Positions 59,761-64,000 of a stretch of 64,000 nt of DNA are shown piece after piece. The DNA is from Dicyema japonicum (taxonomy: Eukaryota > Animalia > Dicyemida). The translations under genes and the position numbers were made by a program. The stretch's first letter is position 1. Every line of letters starts with the position of its first letter. Below the pieces are notes generated by a model, which was not told the DNA's origin, made no database searches, and saw only the letters and a program-made list of their open reading frames with translations. The DNA lies in the NCBI GenBank assembly GCA_011109175.1, contig RDEW01000026.1, positions 513,695 through 577,694 of the forward strand, written 5' to 3'.

Positions 59761-60299
59761 ATGCCCATAATGGAGAAAGTGAAGTTTCCAAAATTGGAAC
59801 GAATAAGAAATTAAAGTCAGAGTTTAGAATGTATGGGCAGACTGGCTTGGAATACGACATATAATAAGATACCTTCTAAAAAAGAAACAGTAGAAGCTTC
59901 AACACAGCGAAGAGAGTGGTGCTCTTAAGAAGAGAGGGCAGCCACCGAAAAAAACCAGAAGTAGTCAGGATAATCCTGATTAATGCCCGTTCTCTTCGGA
60001 AACGGGCCTCAGTGCTGGTTGCTATAGCCAGCACGATCCAGATGGAACACATGAATTAAATTTAGCATCTGAAATTGATGACGAATGCGAAAGAAAAACG
60101 AGAAGAATCGGTGATTTATTACATTGCTTGTGGAAACTCGCATTGTAATTGGGGCTTTTTACGGAGAAGAGACATACGGTGTCTCATGAAAGTGCCCGAT
60201 ATAGACGACCCCAAATTTTGACTTTCCTCTTTAGTTAATGGCTCTTACCTTGTTTAGTTAGTTGGGGTTTTGCGAATAAATCATGTTATCTGTTATCTG

Positions 60300-61439
60300 T
60301 CAAATTATATATATTAATTTGATAAATTAAATCAAAAAAACTTTTTTTTGATTTTTTCTAAGTCCACTAGTGTAACGCATAGCGCCTGTGACATAGTACG
60401 TATTTCCTGTTTTTCCTGTTTGCATCCCATTGGAATAAATAGTTTTCTTACTTGGAGTATAATGTCCGTGAAAGTTTTGATTATGTGGTCAATTGATAAG
60501 AATACCAATGTGTAAAATACTTCCATATTGGTGTCGATGTAATTAGAGAAGTTGGACCAATCCGCGCTTTCAACATTTAAAAAAGTGGAATTATGTCTGA
60601 TAAATTTATTTTCAGTGTTGATTTTCATCATAATAGGGTTGTGATCACTTCTTAGTTCATATTTACAGTCCAGTTGATGAGGGGAAATATTGACGGGGAA
60701 CATAAAGAGAGGTTAGGGGATGTAGGTTTGTCTCCTGTTCGAGTAGGTGTTCTTGTGTTGCTTTTTGGTGTTATTCAATATACATTTTGTCTCAAATTTC
60801 TGGCCAGTAGGTTTCCTCTATTGTCTGGTTTCTGGCTTTTTTACCATAATTAGTGTTTGGCGTTGATGTCACCGCATAGTAGTACGTTTTTGAGGTTTGA
60901 GAAATTCTGTAGGTTAGGGTAATACCTACTTGGACAGGAGGTAGTAGATGGAATATATACATTGACAATATTTATAGTTTTCCTAGGAATTCTAATATGT
61001 ATGCCGATTAGTTCCAAAGGGTCATCCTCTGGATATAATTTTCGGATTTTGTTTGAAATATCTTCATATTGAATTTCATTTCTTATTAGTGTCATTAGTC
61101 CTCCACCAAGCTTAATCTTTCTGTCTTTACGGATAACGGAGTATCCGGGAAAGGTTGGGGTTCGTATGTTTGCTTGTAGCTTTGTCTCTTGGACTATAGC
61201 AATGTCAATTTTATTACTATTGAGTAAGTGGCGGATTTCCAGCACCTTGTTTCGTATTCCGTTAATATTGATCTAGATCAGATTGATTTTAGGGCCTGGG
61301 TTGGATTCGACGTCTCGACACAAAATTAGAGCGTACCTGGAAAACCATCTTCCTTTATGCATAGGGATAGGGAAAGTGCAGTTCTTTTTAACATCATGTG
61401 ATGCATATCACCACCATACAGGTGAACCACGCGGCATTT
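60300..61439 (-). mobile_element. Ingi-like 5' half (pseudoknot 61378-61439, 2A, APE)
   Basis: MPRGSPVWW*...LCRDVESNPGP, QETKL, NVYIP, CGDINAKH, SDHNPI. Confidence 0.85.
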
Positions 61440-61519
61440 TTTTAAACAAGATGGGAGAATTATTTCCAAATAGACAAAGCAGTTGGACACATTCAGAAAT
61501 TATATTTCAATCACCATTT

Positions 61520-61700
61520 GTGTGAAATCGGAAAGTATCTGAAATCTATTTTCTGTTAATCAAGTTATTCTATCACTGTCTGAAAAAGTGTCTTACGTAA
61601 TTGAAAAAAGTTTTTATTTATTTGGAAAATTATAATCTAAAGACCGAAATTTTAAACATGAAAACGTTATTTTATTTATTTGTGTATTAAAATTATTGTA
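61520..61700 (+). mobile_element. hAT C-terminal remnant
   Basis: Homologous to 57430-57560. Confidence 0.4.
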
Positions 61701-61824
61701 AAAAACATTAACTAGTCTACCATATTTATTAAATTAGATTGTATTCAAAATGTTAGGTTTATTTATCTAAAATAAATACGAAATTAAAATTTTAATTTTT
61801 TTAAAGACAATTATTTAACAAACA

Positions 61825-61945
61825 AACAAATGTTGGTTGAGGAAGCCTGCTGCGTGGATCGCAAACGAGTTCAATCTTTTGTCTCAGCCAGAACCATTCT
61901 CGTTAATCCTTTTTTTCTGTTAAGCATTCTTCCGAGTTCGCGCAA
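61825..61945 (-). mobile_element. CRE-like 3' stub with (TTTG)n tail
   Basis: Homologous to 13590-13725. Confidence 0.6.
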
Positions 61946-62575
61946 GAAATGTAATTAAATATATAAAAATTCGATTAACCACTATATACATTATTAATCG
62001 ATTATGTTTAATTGGTGGTACATTCCTCTAATAATAGAACGATTACCAACGATTTGAATAACTATGTTATGGAGTTCTATATACTTAATTTATTTATAAA
62101 AAAACTTACAATTTTACTTAACTAGCAATCAATAAAATAAGTTGTGTTTATCCGTAAGAATTCCCAAATTTAGTTTAACTCAATTCCGAACGGGGAGGCG
62201 TAAAATCAAAATGGTATTATTCATAAAATCTAATTTAATAAAAGTGATCATTAATAGGAAAAACGTATTCATAATGAAAGCGAAGGAATTTCCGTTCAAA
62301 TTAAACAATAAAAATTAATTAAAAGATTTTAAATGTATATTATGAAATGTTAACTCAATTTTATAGATTTAAAAAGTGTCATTTATAGATCAAGTATGAA
62401 TCAATATACAAAAGTACATTATTACACCATTTCCAATAATTGCCTTCAATTATATGTTTACCTGCAGGGAAAGTCTTTGTGTCTTACAATGAGTAATTTA
62501 TTCCAATAAATCAGACAATAATAATAAACCACAAAATCAACAACAACATTTATATAAACAATTAATAGTTAATAC

Positions 62576-63091
62576 TCAACCATCCAAAACCTCATGATTT
62601 ACTCCTTTCCCTTGACAATATAAAGGAATAGCACAAGAATGACTCCACATATAATAATCTTCCATATTATACATTTCGGTCATTAAATAAGGCATTCCAG
62701 AATATATTTCTGATTCTTTACTATGTGATCCATTAAAGATTGTTATACAAACACCGTCTTCATTTTTCCTAAGTTGAACAGAGTTTGGATCAGTCCAGAT
62801 TGTGATCTCTCCCAGCTGTTCCACAATCTTTTTCGTCATTCCATAAGTGAAAGCAGCACGTTTACAAGCTAATGTTATCTTTGAGTCTCCTCTTAATGGT
62901 GAATTTCGAATACAACGACTAGCAGATCCAAATAGTTGATGATTGGTATCCCAAGATTGAAAATATTTCTCACAAAGAACAGTATGTAAGTTTGTTTGGA
63001 ATTCCTGTATTATATTATGCTTTATTCGGTTGGTTAGTAGGTTTTCTATGCATTTTAAAGTAGATTCAAGCTCATTATTGAATGGATACAT
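62576..63091 (-). CDS. BTG/Tob family antiproliferative protein (171 aa, intronless)
   Basis: Box A-like EKYFQSWDTNHQLFGSASRCIR and box B-like EITIWTDPNSVQLRKNEDG. Confidence 0.8.
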   Translation of the reverse strand: MYPFNNELESTLKCIENLLTNRIKHNIIQEFQTNLHTVLCEKYFQSWDTNHQLFGSASRCIRNSPLRGDSKITLACKRAAFTYGMTKKIVEQLGEITIWTDPNSVQLRKNEDGVCITIFNGSHSKESEIYSGMPYLMTEMYNMEDYYMWSHSCAIPLYCQGKGVNHEVLDG

Positions 63092-64000
63092 AATATAAAT
63101 AATATATTTTAAATAAAATTTATTGTTTTAATTTTAAATTTATTTATTAATATAATATTAATAACATTCATTTTATTTTCACTTTATTATTGAGATCATA
63201 ATCTTTTCTCAAATATTTTTTTATTTTATATTTAAAATGATATTTTTTTGTGTAAATATCTTAAAATGTCTGAAATACATTAATATAGAATCGATTGTTT
63301 AATTGAATATAAAAATCATTAATATTTTGGTGACGAACAAGTTTTATTAGAGAACGTCAATAGGTTTATAATATATTACTTAGAATAGCCTGATTTACTT
63401 TCCACTATGTAACGATTACTAGCACTTTTATATTGCACTTTAATGGGATAGTCATTTAAATATTAACTATTTAGAATTTGTTCTTTATGATCCAACTAAT
63501 ACATTCCGAAAATGAAACATTACCTTCTTCCAATTTATAAAAATGTATTTATTAATGACAATAAAGTTAACAAATGATCATACAGCGACCGCCTTGACTG
63601 AGTGGCTATTCCCTATCTGGATGTATAAAATATTTTCCTTATCGGACATTGTTCTTATTATTTGTTTCATTCATTTATCTTATTATCTCTAATGACATTA
63701 AACCCTGGACTACCAAAATTCTTATTTATAGTAATTAAAGGAAAAATCTGAAAACTACAGAAACATGGAATTGACGTATGCCATTTACAATAGACAAAAT
63801 TATTACTACACACCTTGAGTTGTGATGGGGAATCATTAATCTAGTTACGAAAATCTACGAAAATCCCTCATTCCCAGTTGAATTCTTAAAATCTCAATAG
63901 ATAACAGACATTGTTATTAATTCTATAGTTTGATGGAGATAATAATTTTCTATACAAGGCAGATCAAACAAGTTACTTATAATTTCAGCTATTATGAAAA

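Noticed and set aside
775-61525. Most short ORF-track entries antisense to or out of frame with TE coding regions
   Set aside because: They are shadows of the GC-richer TE sequence, with no independent motifs.
63100-64000. Possible further tiny-intron gene
   Set aside because: I could not build a consistent spliced frame on either strand.
1-64000. Stop-codon reassignment to explain the many interrupted ORFs
   Set aside because: Host genes read cleanly in the standard code after splicing; TE interruptions mix all three stops with frameshifts, as expected from decay.

Overview
AT-rich eukaryotic (metazoan) DNA, mostly nested and decayed transposons, with six host genes: TEX9-like (partial), a MARCH RING-CH E3 ligase, an unknown multi-pass membrane protein, an ETS factor, actin and BTG/Tob. 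Five of the six only read correctly after removing 22-27 nt GT-AG introns. That intron size plus animal and ciliary genes points to a dicyemid-like host (inference). Transposons include Ingi/Vingi-like single-ORF LINEs, RTE-like, R4-like and CRE-like retroelements, Buster-type and other hAT elements, a Tc1 element and an intron-containing Ginger-like integrase element. An ~8.3 kb imperfect palindrome spans about 34170-42468. The most interesting signal is the terminal architecture of the Ingi-like LINEs, read by eye without folding software. Six 5' ends share a covarying HDV-ribozyme-like nested pseudoknot. In most copies it lacks the catalytic C and is translated as a leader peptide running into a 2A/StopGo motif. 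The 3' ends share a covarying stem formed partly by the last codons (G/M-I-T-stop). Element boundaries without a TSD are approximate.
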